From Candidatus Nomurabacteria bacterium (GTDB taxonomy: Bacteria; Patescibacteriota; Saccharimonadia; Saccharimonadales; UBA7683), in assembly GCA_020631865.1 (NCBI GenBank), contig JACKGS010000002.1, positions 109,534 to 173,533 of the forward strand: a DNA stretch of 64,000 bases. The letters are read 5' to 3'. The position numbers were made by a program, and so were the translations under genes. The number at the start of each line of letters is the position of its first letter. Position 1 is the stretch's first letter. The notes below the pieces were generated by a model that worked only from the letters and a program-made list of their open reading frames with translations, had not been told where the DNA came from and made no database searches. Shown piece after piece: positions 34,882-43,611 of the stretch.

Positions 34882-35057
34882 GAGTCGACCGAACAGGTTG
34901 TTGCCCTTTATTTTTTATAGAGACCATAAAGAATAATGGGGAGTGACTAAGTGGAGGGTGGTTTTAGCCCGCTGACGCTCTAAACAAAAATTATTTATCT
35001 CATATATAAAAATGAGAGACTAAAAAACAAATTAAAAGCTAATAGGAGGGGTAAGCT

Positions 35058-37859
35058 ATGGCACAGACAGCAGTGTTGGGTATTAAGCGCTATTTTACAA
35101 AAGAGGGCGCAGATCCGTATGAGATGTTTTCTTGGGTAGAGAGAGACTCCAAGATTGACAATCCAATGACAGGTAAAATTGCCTTTGAGCAAAAATCAGT
35201 TGAATTTCCAGATACCTGGAGTTTAAACGCTGTAAATATTGTTAGCCAGAAATACTTTACCGGAACACCGGGAACAAGCGAACGCGAGGCTAGTTTAAAG
35301 ACGTTAATTAATCGCGTTGCAGACACTGTAACGCGTCACGGTCAGCAAGAGGGCTATTTTGATGACGCTACTCAGGCAGAGACATTTAATGCAGAACTAA
35401 AATATATACTTACCTCACAACGAGCGGCATTTAATAGTCCGGTTTGGTTTAATATTGGAGCTGCAGACAGGTCTCAGCAGGCGAGTGCTTGCTTTATCTT
35501 GGCGGTAGATGACACTATGCCTTCAATTTTAAATTGGTATAAAGAAGAGGGTATGATCTTCAAGGGTGGATCGGGTTCGGGAATTAATATTAGCTCAATT
35601 AGATCTAGTTTTGAGCCCCTTGGTAAAAGCGCTGGTACATCTTCGGGGCCACTTTCTTTCATGCGTGGAGCAGATAGTTCCGCGGGGGCAATTAAATCTG
35701 GTGGTAAAACTAGACGAGCAGCCAAGATGGTTATTATGAACGCAGATCACCCAGATGTCGAAGAGTTTATTTGGTGTAAGGCAATTGAGGAGCGCAAGGC
35801 TAGAGTTCTTCAAGAAGCTGGTTTTGATATGGATTTGGATGGGAAAGATATTTTTTCAGTTCAATACCAAAATGCTAATAACTCAGTACGGGTAACAGAT
35901 GAATTTATGCAGGCAGTCGAAAACGACGAAGACTGGAACTTGGTTGGCGTAAAAGACAAGAAGGTTTATAAGACCGTCAAAGCACGCGATTTATGGCGTC
36001 AGATTGCCGAAAGTGCATGGGAATGTGCTGACCCAGGTTTACAGTTTGACACAACTATCAACCACTGGCATACCGCTCCTAATGCAGGTAGAATTAACGG
36101 CTCCAATCCATGTTCTGAATACATGCACCTAGATAATTCAGCATGTAACTTGGCTTCAATTAACTTACTCAAATATTTAAATGAAGATGGTACTTTTGAT
36201 GTTGAGGCATATAAACAGACGATTGAAATTGTATTCACGGCTCAAGAGATTTTAGTTGGATACTCGGAATATCCAACTGAAAATATAACTAAAAATGCCA
36301 GAGCATATCGCGAGCTTGGCTTGGGATATGCTAACCTAGGTGCTTTGCTTATGGCACAAGGTCTTCCGTATGATTCAGATGAGGGTCGAGCTCAAGCTGC
36401 TGCTCTTACGGCCATTATGACCGGCCATGCTTATGCTACATCGGCTAAGATTGCAAAGCAGGTGGGTACCTTCTCTGGTTTTAATAAAGACCGCGAAGGT
36501 ATGATGAGGGTTCTTTCCCAACATCGCGATGCAGTAAGAGACATAGATGCTCGTTTGGTAGCCGAAGATTTGCTTTCAACTGCTGCCGAGGTGTGGGATG
36601 AGGCAGTTGAGCTAGGTAATAAATACGGTGTTAGAAATTCACAGGCATCAGTACTTGCTCCAACGGGTACAATCGGCTTCATGATGGATTGTGACACTAC
36701 TGGTGTTGAGCCAGACTTCAGCCTTACTAAGTTTAAAAAATTGGTTGGTGGTGGAAATATGGTGATAGTAAATCAGACTATTCCACGCGCCCTAAAAACC
36801 ATGGGATATACTCAGGGTGAAACTGAAGATATAGTTGCTTACATTCATGAAAATGGAAACGTCATTAACGCTCCACATCTTAAAAAACAAGACTATGATG
36901 TGTTTGCATGCGCCGTAGGTGAAAATGCTATTCATTACAACGGACACGTTAAGATGATGGGGGCTGTGCAGCCGTTTATTTCTGGCGCAATTTCAAAAAC
37001 TGTAAATATGCCGGTTGAATCAACAGTTGAAGATATCGAAGATTTACATATGCTTTCATGGAGGCTTGGCCTAAAGGCAGTAGCAATTTATCGAGATGGC
37101 TCTAAGGTTGCCCAGCCACTTTCTTCTAAAAAAGAAGAAAAGAAGGAAGAAAGCTTGTCCGCACACGAGCCTCAGACTGCTGAGCAGGTAACAGAGCAGC
37201 TAGTCGCCATGCAGCCACATGTTCGTAGAGAAATTCCTCGTGTTCGAACAGCTAAGACATTTGAATTTAGAGTTTCAGATAGTAAAGGATTCGTAACTGT
37301 AGGTGAGTTTGAGGACGGCACGCCAGGAGAGTTATTCCTAAGAATCGCTAAGCAGGGCTCAACACTAGCTGGAATAATGGATGCCTTTGCAATCTCAGTT
37401 AGTCACGGTCTGCAATATGGAGTTCCACTCAAGAGCTATGTTAAGGCATTTACAAATATGTCATTTGCTCCATCTGGAATTACCGATGACGTTGAAATTA
37501 AAACAGCTTCAAGTTTGGTAGATTATATCTTCCGAAGATTAGCAAAAACATATCTGAGCTTAGACGATCAGCTAGAACTCGGATTGGTGAGCTTAGATGA
37601 TTTGGATGCTGAATTAATGTCACATCAAGCTAGCTTGCTAGACGACGCGATAGAAAGCCTAGAATCAACTGTAGATGATCAGAAAACTGATATCAAACAA
37701 GTTTCTATTCCTGTCCCAGAGATTCCGGTTCAAAGAATAAAGCCAGTAGTTTCAAGCGCCGAAATAGCACCTCTTTGCTACAATTGCGGGAACCAAACCC
37801 AACGTGCCGGTAGTTGCTACGTCTGTACATCTTGTGGAACCACTAGCGGCTGCAGCTAA
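35058..37859 (+). CDS. nrdJ: class II (adenosylcobalamin-dependent) ribonucleotide reductase
   Basis: 933 aa. Has NPCSE, SACNLASINL and TNMSFAPSG. Cys-rich C-terminal tail CYNCG...CYVCTSCG. SD TAGGAGGGG. Confidence 0.92.
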   Translation: MAQTAVLGIKRYFTKEGADPYEMFSWVERDSKIDNPMTGKIAFEQKSVEFPDTWSLNAVNIVSQKYFTGTPGTSEREASLKTLINRVADTVTRHGQQEGYFDDATQAETFNAELKYILTSQRAAFNSPVWFNIGAADRSQQASACFILAVDDTMPSILNWYKEEGMIFKGGSGSGINISSIRSSFEPLGKSAGTSSGPLSFMRGADSSAGAIKSGGKTRRAAKMVIMNADHPDVEEFIWCKAIEERKARVLQEAGFDMDLDGKDIFSVQYQNANNSVRVTDEFMQAVENDEDWNLVGVKDKKVYKTVKARDLWRQIAESAWECADPGLQFDTTINHWHTAPNAGRINGSNPCSEYMHLDNSACNLASINLLKYLNEDGTFDVEAYKQTIEIVFTAQEILVGYSEYPTENITKNARAYRELGLGYANLGALLMAQGLPYDSDEGRAQAAALTAIMTGHAYATSAKIAKQVGTFSGFNKDREGMMRVLSQHRDAVRDIDARLVAEDLLSTAAEVWDEAVELGNKYGVRNSQASVLAPTGTIGFMMDCDTTGVEPDFSLTKFKKLVGGGNMVIVNQTIPRALKTMGYTQGETEDIVAYIHENGNVINAPHLKKQDYDVFACAVGENAIHYNGHVKMMGAVQPFISGAISKTVNMPVESTVEDIEDLHMLSWRLGLKAVAIYRDGSKVAQPLSSKKEEKKEESLSAHEPQTAEQVTEQLVAMQPHVRREIPRVRTAKTFEFRVSDSKGFVTVGEFEDGTPGELFLRIAKQGSTLAGIMDAFAISVSHGLQYGVPLKSYVKAFTNMSFAPSGITDDVEIKTASSLVDYIFRRLAKTYLSLDDQLELGLVSLDDLDAELMSHQASLLDDAIESLESTVDDQKTDIKQVSIPVPEIPVQRIKPVVSSAEIAPLCYNCGNQTQRAGSCYVCTSCGTTSGCS

Positions 37860-37952
37860 ATGCATATTGGGCATAGTTTTTATTAACGAAGCGAGCATGA
37901 CTTAAATAAAGCATATCCACATAAGCTTTACCTAGATGATATACTAAGTTGT

Positions 37953-38219
37953 ATGAAAGTAGTTATTCTTTATAAGCCGATATCTGAACTTGCAAGCTCT
38001 GTTGAGGCCTATGCTCGTGAGTTTGAAAGAGAAACAGGTCGTCAACTCACTTTACTTAATTTTGAAAGTAAAGAAGGTATTGCGCTGGCTGGCGTGCATG
38101 ATATTGTTCGCCAGCCAGTATTGCTAGCCTTGCGGGATAGTAGTGAGCTAATTGAAGCGTGGCCTGATCGTGACAGCTGGCCGACTATGTCTCAGCTCAG
38201 CGCCTATATTAATAATTAA
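37953..38219 (+). CDS. hypothetical small protein
   Basis: 88-aa ORF with no recognisable motif. Confidence 0.5.
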   Translation: MKVVILYKPISELASSVEAYAREFERETGRQLTLLNFESKEGIALAGVHDIVRQPVLLALRDSSELIEAWPDRDSWPTMSQLSAYINN

Positions 38220-38232
38220 GTCTACTTCAACT

Positions 38233-38271
38233 TTGCAAGGATTAACCCTGCAACAGGGCTAATCCTTGCAA
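38233..38271. terminator. 18-bp hairpin (possible terminator / REP-like palindrome)
   Basis: TTGCAAGGATTAACCCTG-CAA-CAGGGCTAATCCTTGCAA with 17/18 positions paired. There is no T-run. Confidence 0.4.
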
Positions 38272-38284
38272 GAGGCGTGCGAGG

Positions 38285-38313
38285 TTGAAATTTTCAGCAA
38301 GATTATTTATTAT
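38285..38313 (+). promoter_or_regulatory. promoter of the structured leader
   Basis: TTGAAA (38285-38290), 17 nt, TATTAT (38308-38313). Confidence 0.55.
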
Positions 38314-38329
38314 AAGCATAGAAAAGCGT

Positions 38330-38495
38330 TTGAGTGGCTATCATCCACGAGCTGTGAGAAGAACGGAGAAATCTTAGTAGAACTCACCGGACCTGACCCG
38401 TAAGATCAGAAAATAAGTGCTAAAAGAATCACTTCTTTTGGAAGCCAGATGGTACCTCCCAATTTGGGATCTGGCAGACAAAGGAAGTGATTTTT
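38330..38495 (+). promoter_or_regulatory. T-box-like leader RNA (candidate tRNA-sensing riboswitch)
   Basis: - Antiterminator-like element: A1 GCCAGA (38444-49), 7-nt bulge UGGUACC (38450-56), A2 UCCC-AAUUU-GGGA, then A1' UCUGGC (38470-75).
- Upstream hairpin GUGG-CUAUCAU-CCAC has AUC-A in its loop.
- A second stem has an AGUAGAA internal loop.
- Small stem III AAGUG/CACUU.
- A 14-bp outer stem (38427-40 / 38479-92) is followed by a U-run. Confidence 0.45.
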
Positions 38496-38508
38496 ATATG
38501 GAGAAAAT

Positions 38509-39492
38509 ATGACAGAGAAGTTAAAGCAACCAAGATGGATCATTAGAGAAGCTGATTATGATGATTTACTAGATATCAGAACAATGCATGCTAAATCATG
38601 GTTAGAGACGTATCCAGATGAGGAAAACGGTGTTAGTGAAGATTGGGTTAGAGAGCGAGTTTCTGCCTGGACCACCCCTGATGGAATTCAAAAGTCCAGG
38701 GAGCATTTTAAAGATATATTTGGAAATCCGGATCATTTTTATAGAATTGCCGAGAAAGATGGAGAGATAGTTGGTTTGGTTCACGGGTCTCAATCAGATG
38801 GTTTGCAAAATTTGGAGGCACTTTACGTTGATAAGTCAGAGCATGGGAAGGGTTTAGCTCAAGATTTGATGGGTCTTGTTGATGAGTGGTTTGACGATAC
38901 ATTGCCGGTGAAGCTTGGAGTGGCAAGTTATAATGATCGTGCTATTAGATTTTATGAAAAATATGGTTTTAAAATTATACCGGATTCAAAGAGCATGTAT
39001 GCAGATAAAATTCCTATAGTTGATATGATTCGCCCGGGAGAAGGACAAAAATATCCAAATTTGAATCCAAGGCTGGAAATCAAAGATTCACCAGTTGAGG
39101 GCAGGGGAATTTTTACCAAAGTACCGATACATAAAGGCGAGAAGATTATTATTAATATTGACCCACAGCCTGTAGAAGTTCATGAATTTACAGATGTAGA
39201 ATTTGCAAAATTCAGAGAAGATTGCATAAAAAAGGGTTTGCAATGGGACTCTGTCTCACTTGGAAATGGGATGCATCGAGCGGCAATTTCTGACAGAGAT
39301 AAAAACCCAGAAAACTACGGTAATCATAGCTGTGATCCAAATTTAAGTTCTGACCATGTTGCATTACGTGATATTGAATCAGGCGAAGAATTGACGGTAG
39401 ATTATGCTGAGTTTTCAGATGTAAGCTGGTCTATGGAGTGCCATTGCGGTAGTAATAACTGTAAAGGGATCGTAAGAGGAAGGGTAAAGTGA
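38509..39492 (+). CDS. GNAT acetyltransferase - SET-domain methyltransferase fusion protein
   Basis: The N-terminal half has GNAT motifs (LEALYVDKSEHGKGLAQDLM, RAIRFYEKYGFK). The C-terminal half has SET motifs (GRGIFT, NHSCDPN, ELTVDY) plus a post-SET CHCGSNNCKG. Confidence 0.8.
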   Translation: MTEKLKQPRWIIREADYDDLLDIRTMHAKSWLETYPDEENGVSEDWVRERVSAWTTPDGIQKSREHFKDIFGNPDHFYRIAEKDGEIVGLVHGSQSDGLQNLEALYVDKSEHGKGLAQDLMGLVDEWFDDTLPVKLGVASYNDRAIRFYEKYGFKIIPDSKSMYADKIPIVDMIRPGEGQKYPNLNPRLEIKDSPVEGRGIFTKVPIHKGEKIIINIDPQPVEVHEFTDVEFAKFREDCIKKGLQWDSVSLGNGMHRAAISDRDKNPENYGNHSCDPNLSSDHVALRDIESGEELTVDYAEFSDVSWSMECHCGSNNCKGIVRGRVK

Positions 39493-39686
39493 TGAAAAAG
39501 GGTATAGTTTATATTATGACAACGGCAGTCTCTGGGTTGATTAAAATTGGCAAGACTCAAACAGCTAATTTTCCAGAAAGAATGAGGTTTCTGGAAGCAA
39601 ACGGTTACTATAATGTGGTTGGTCTGAAGAGATTTTTTGCAATAGAGTTAGATGATTATGACGATAAAGAAAGTTTAATTCAATGA
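39489..39686 (+). pseudogene. truncated T5orf172/GIY-YIG-like domain gene
   Basis: Has GIVYIMT...GLIKIGKT...RMRFL and stops after 65 aa. A +1 frame continues FNEIFNKK. The start overlaps the SET gene stop (GTGATGA). Confidence 0.5.
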
Positions 39687-39795
39687 AATCTTTAACAAAA
39701 AAGGAGTCGATACTGCGCATATTCATCGCTGCATCGACTCACTACTATCATTATAGCACTAATGGCTACTATATGTCAATACAGGAGGAAAAGAG

Positions 39796-42654
39796 ATGAA
39801 ATTTAAACACGGGACACGAAGACGAGCGTTGGAATATGAAAAAGATTGGGTAAAACGCTGGAAGGAAGATAAAACTTTTGAAAAGTCGGTAGAAAATCGA
39901 CCCGAGGATAACAAATGGGTATTTTATGATGGACCTCCATTCTTGACTGGCACACCGCATCACGGGCATTTACTTGTTTCATCTGTTAAAGATGTGATGG
40001 GTCGTTTTCATACTATGAAGGGTCAGCGTGTAGAGCGAACATGGGGCTGGGATTGTCATGGTTTGCCAGCGGAAGTGTTTGTAGAAAAGCAACTTGGTAT
40101 TAAAAACAAAAAAGAGATTGGTACTAAAATTAGTATTGAAGAATATGTTAAACAATGTCGTGCTGCAATGGTAAAAACTGGAACCGAGTGGGAAGATACT
40201 ATCGACCGACTTGGTCGTTGGGTTGAATTTGAGGGTGCCTACAAAACTATGGACAAAGAGTACATGGAAAGTGTGTGGTGGGCTTTCAAAGAAATGCATG
40301 AAAAAGGCAAGATTTACGAAGGTGAGAAAATCCTCGTTTATTGCACGAAAGATGCCACGCCAATTTCTAAATCTGAAGTTGCTATGGAAAACAGCTATCA
40401 GATGGATACTGACCCAAGTGTATTTGTTTACTTTAAGATTGAAGATGAAGACGAATATATGCTGGCTTGGACAACAACGCCGTGGACGTTGCCGGCAAAT
40501 GTAGCGGTGGCCGTAAATCCAGAAATCAACTATTCTCTTATCGAACATGGTAACAAGAGGTTTTATGTTGCTAGCGAAGCAGTGAGCCGTGTGATGCAAA
40601 ACGAGAAGAAGCAACCGCTTGAATACACAGTATTGAAGCAAATAAAAGGCGCAGAATTAGTTGGAAAACGCTATGAGCCACTGTTTGAAAACCATGGCCC
40701 TGATGCGCACCGAGTATTGGCGGCTGATTTTGTAACCGACACCGACGGTACTGGTTTGGTACATGAAGCTCCGGCTTACGGTGAAGAAGATTACGATTTG
40801 TGCAAAAAAGAGCATGTGCCAATTGTTTCCATTGTTGACGAAGACGGCCATTATACGTCTGGTCGCTGGATTGGCGAGAATATCTGGGAGGTCAATAAGG
40901 CAATCGCCAAAACACTTGTTGAAGAAGGTAGGGCGCTTAAGGTTGAGTATATTCGTCACGAATATCCGCATTGCCATCGCTGTGGAACCAAGCTTATGTA
41001 TCGCGCACACCCGAGCTGGTTTGTAGATATACAGTCGCAAAAAAAGGAAATGCTAGAAGAGAATGCCAAGACAAACTGGAATCCAGATAATCTGCGTACT
41101 GGTCGGTTCCACAACATTATTGAGCAGGCGCCAGATTGGAACATCTCTCGTGATCGCTATTGGGCAACGCCAATTCCAGTTTGGAAAGGATACCGTCAAG
41201 ATGGTACGGAGGTCGTGAAGGTTATCGGCAGTTACGATGAGTTTGAAGAGCTTACTGGCAAAAAGCTCGATGATTATCATTTGCCACAAGTTATGAATGT
41301 AACGTTTGAATGTGATGATATAGAAATGCGCCATATTGGCAAGGTGTTAGATTGTTGGTTTGAAAGTGGCTCAATGCCTTTTGCACAGTTCCATTACCCA
41401 TTTGAAAACAAAGAAAAATTTGAAAGCATGTTCCCGGCCGATTTCATTATTGAGGCGATTGACCAAACCCGTGGCTGGTTCAATAGTTTGATGGCGGTCA
41501 ATGTTGCGCTTTTTGGTCAGGCACCGTGGAAAAATCTTATTTGCACTGGGTTTGTTATGGCTGGTGATGGGAAAAAACTTAGTAAAAAACATAAAAACTA
41601 TACCGATCCAATTGAACTTATGGACAAAGTCTCGGCAGATTCTTATAGATTTACCATGCTCAGTAGTCCGCTTGCTAATGGTGATAATTATGTCATGCAA
41701 GATAAAGATATTAACGATGTGGCACGCAAACTTAGCATGGTTTGGAATATGTATGATTTCTTTACCATGTATGCTGAAGTTGATGGTTGGGAGTTTGACG
41801 GCGGGCTCGAAGATCCGCTTGAGGCGCTCGCAAATCCACTAGATATTTGGGTAGTGTCACGGTTACATCAGTTGGTTGGTGTGGTAGAGGAGCGAACTGA
41901 AGCATATGATTTACAGGGTGCACTAAAACCAATTCTGCCATTTCTAGATGATGCCTCCAATTGGTTTGTGCGACGTAGTCGCCGCCGTTTTTGGAAGTCG
42001 GAAGATGATGGCGACAAAGCTGATGCCTACAGAACATTACATTATGTGTTGGTTCGACTAGCGTACCTCTTGGCGCCGTTTACGCCGTTCCTGGCAGAAG
42101 AGTTGCACGAAAAACTTACTGGCGACAAAGAGTCAATTCATCTCAAAGATTGGCTACCAGCGGGTCGTGTAAATCAACTAGTTATGGATGAGATGGAGCA
42201 GGTGCGAGAGTATGTAAACGAAGGCTTGGGTTTACGTGCCAAGGCTCAACTTAAGGTGCGTCAACCACTGGCAAGTATTACAGTCCCAAGCATGGGTGAG
42301 CATGTTGATTTTGAACCGATTTTGATAGATGAGCTCAACGTTAAGTCAGTAAAAGTTGGCAAAGAAGTGACTATTGATGAAAATATCACTCCAGAACTAA
42401 AGCGAGAAGGCTTGATGCGTGAAGTGGTGCGTCATGTGCAGTCAGCTCGTAAAAACGCTGGTCTAAATGTTGATGATCGTATTCAGCTTTCACTTACAAC
42501 TACCGATGACCAACTTCAGGCTGCCATAACTGAGTACATCGAAACCATTAAAACCGAAACACTCGCAGTCGATATTGCGGAGGCGGAACTTGAGCATTTG
42601 TCAACCGTAAGGGTCGAGGGTACCGAACTAAAAATCTCTCTAACAAAAAACTAG
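39796..42654 (+). CDS. ileS: isoleucyl-tRNA synthetase
   Basis: HIGH motif PHHGHLL and KMSKS-like KLSKKHKN. 952 aa. SD AGGAGGAA. Confidence 0.96.
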   Translation: MKFKHGTRRRALEYEKDWVKRWKEDKTFEKSVENRPEDNKWVFYDGPPFLTGTPHHGHLLVSSVKDVMGRFHTMKGQRVERTWGWDCHGLPAEVFVEKQLGIKNKKEIGTKISIEEYVKQCRAAMVKTGTEWEDTIDRLGRWVEFEGAYKTMDKEYMESVWWAFKEMHEKGKIYEGEKILVYCTKDATPISKSEVAMENSYQMDTDPSVFVYFKIEDEDEYMLAWTTTPWTLPANVAVAVNPEINYSLIEHGNKRFYVASEAVSRVMQNEKKQPLEYTVLKQIKGAELVGKRYEPLFENHGPDAHRVLAADFVTDTDGTGLVHEAPAYGEEDYDLCKKEHVPIVSIVDEDGHYTSGRWIGENIWEVNKAIAKTLVEEGRALKVEYIRHEYPHCHRCGTKLMYRAHPSWFVDIQSQKKEMLEENAKTNWNPDNLRTGRFHNIIEQAPDWNISRDRYWATPIPVWKGYRQDGTEVVKVIGSYDEFEELTGKKLDDYHLPQVMNVTFECDDIEMRHIGKVLDCWFESGSMPFAQFHYPFENKEKFESMFPADFIIEAIDQTRGWFNSLMAVNVALFGQAPWKNLICTGFVMAGDGKKLSKKHKNYTDPIELMDKVSADSYRFTMLSSPLANGDNYVMQDKDINDVARKLSMVWNMYDFFTMYAEVDGWEFDGGLEDPLEALANPLDIWVVSRLHQLVGVVEERTEAYDLQGALKPILPFLDDASNWFVRRSRRRFWKSEDDGDKADAYRTLHYVLVRLAYLLAPFTPFLAEELHEKLTGDKESIHLKDWLPAGRVNQLVMDEMEQVREYVNEGLGLRAKAQLKVRQPLASITVPSMGEHVDFEPILIDELNVKSVKVGKEVTIDENITPELKREGLMREVVRHVQSARKNAGLNVDDRIQLSLTTTDDQLQAAITEYIETIKTETLAVDIAEAELEHLSTVRVEGTELKISLTKN

Positions 42655-42657
42655 TTC

Positions 42658-42694
42658 TTCAAGGTTAGACTTTGATCCAAGGTCTAACCTTGAA
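42658..42694. terminator. 13-bp hairpin after ileS
   Basis: TTCAAGGTTAGAC-(11 nt)-GTCTAACCTTGAA, 4 nt after the ileS stop. There is no clear T-run. Confidence 0.45.
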
Positions 42695-42800
42695 TATGGA
42701 GTTGTTGGTGTGCGATAAGCAAAGGGCACAAGAGGTATTGATGGCTAAACAAGAGAATGATTATTGTGCTAGTTAAAATTTAAGTATATACTTAAATATA

Positions 42801-43070
42801 ATGAACACAGCACCACTAATAATAGATACTCGTGAGCCATTTGAATATCAAATGAGCCATGTTGATAATGCAATAAATATTCCACCAGACGAGTTCATGA
42901 CAGGAGTGATTCCGGAAAAATTGAAAGATATCTCAAAAGATCAGCTAATTATCCTGTATTGTCGCAGTGGTCAGCGTTCTAATACTTGCTCTATGATCTT
43001 GAGTCAATTTGGTTTTACGAATGTGGTCAACGGTACCAGCGAGCAGCGTGTTAAGCAGATGTTGCGATAA
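42801..43070 (+). CDS. rhodanese-domain sulfurtransferase
   Basis: 89 aa. Active-site loop CRSGQRS. Confidence 0.85.
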   Translation: MNTAPLIIDTREPFEYQMSHVDNAINIPPDEFMTGVIPEKLKDISKDQLIILYCRSGQRSNTCSMILSQFGFTNVVNGTSEQRVKQMLR

Positions 43071-43074
43071 GATT

Positions 43075-43488
43075 ATGAATATTCCTACCGACCAAGAGTT
43101 TTCAAAATTAATAGGCCAAGCCCTGGATGAATTACCTGAAAAATATATTTCACGCTTAAGCAACGTATTGATTACGTACGAAGACGAGCCGACACCAGAG
43201 CAGCACACAAAACTAGGTCTCAGATGCAATCAAAGCCTTTTTGGGCTATACGAAGGTATTCCGCTTCCCGCACGAATAGGGAGGAACGCCAGCGGCGTCG
43301 TACATTTGCAGCTTCCAGATAAAATCACGCTCTTCAAACTCCCATTATTCCACTACGCAAACGGCAACGAAGAAAAGTTCAAAGCTCAAATTAAACACAC
43401 TCTCTGGCACGAAATCGCCCACTACTTCGGCCTAGATCATGACCGTATCCACCAACTCGAACAATTAAATACGAATGCTTTACAGTAG
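43075..43488 (+). CDS. zincin-like metallopeptidase (DUF1025-type)
   Basis: Has MNIPTDQEF... and TLWHEIAHYFGLDHDRI. ATG 43075 was chosen over the longer ORF that overlaps the rhodanese gene. Confidence 0.75.
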   Translation: MNIPTDQEFSKLIGQALDELPEKYISRLSNVLITYEDEPTPEQHTKLGLRCNQSLFGLYEGIPLPARIGRNASGVVHLQLPDKITLFKLPLFHYANGNEEKFKAQIKHTLWHEIAHYFGLDHDRIHQLEQLNTNALQ

Positions 43489-43611
43489 TGGGATTATCTG
43501 GTAAACTTGTAATCGACTTGTTTTAATAAATGATGTTGGGTTTTGGCTCCGAATGGCGGGTAGTCATCTCGGGTGAGTCAAGTTCAGAATCTGACGAAGG
43601 AAAAGTAAGTA

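Noticed and set aside
34882-35057. NrdR boxes or a cobalamin riboswitch upstream of nrdJ.
   Set aside because: No CwA-N4-TwG palindrome and no B12-box-like element could be found. Only the weak palindrome TCTCATATATAAAAATGAGA is present, which does not fit either consensus.
38387-38398. On the minus strand, GGTCAGGTCCGG matches 12 nt of the universally conserved SRP (4.5S) RNA helix-8 sequence.
   Set aside because: The continuation (GTGAGTTC) lacks the GGAA tetraloop and the GGAAGCAGC 3' strand. No long closing helix can be drawn. The segment is better explained as part of the + strand leader structure.
38320-38420. TPP, glycine, SAM/SAH and guanidine-III riboswitch identities for the leader (CUGUGAGA, ACCUGA, AACGG..CUCAC and CCGGAC resemblances).
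   Set aside because: Each match is limited to 5-8 nt, and the partner helices and second conserved blocks of those classes are missing. Only the T-box antiterminator geometry fits as a whole.
39979-42037. Cluster of antisense and out-of-frame ORFs (up to 220 aa) within ileS.
   Set aside because: They are shadow ORFs inside a 952-aa gene with clear class I synthetase motifs. They have no independent support.
43009-43074. Longer N-terminal extension of the metallopeptidase ORF overlapping the rhodanese gene.
   Set aside because: The extension lies out of frame within the rhodanese gene. The family-typical N-terminus begins at ATG 43075, 5 nt after the rhodanese stop.
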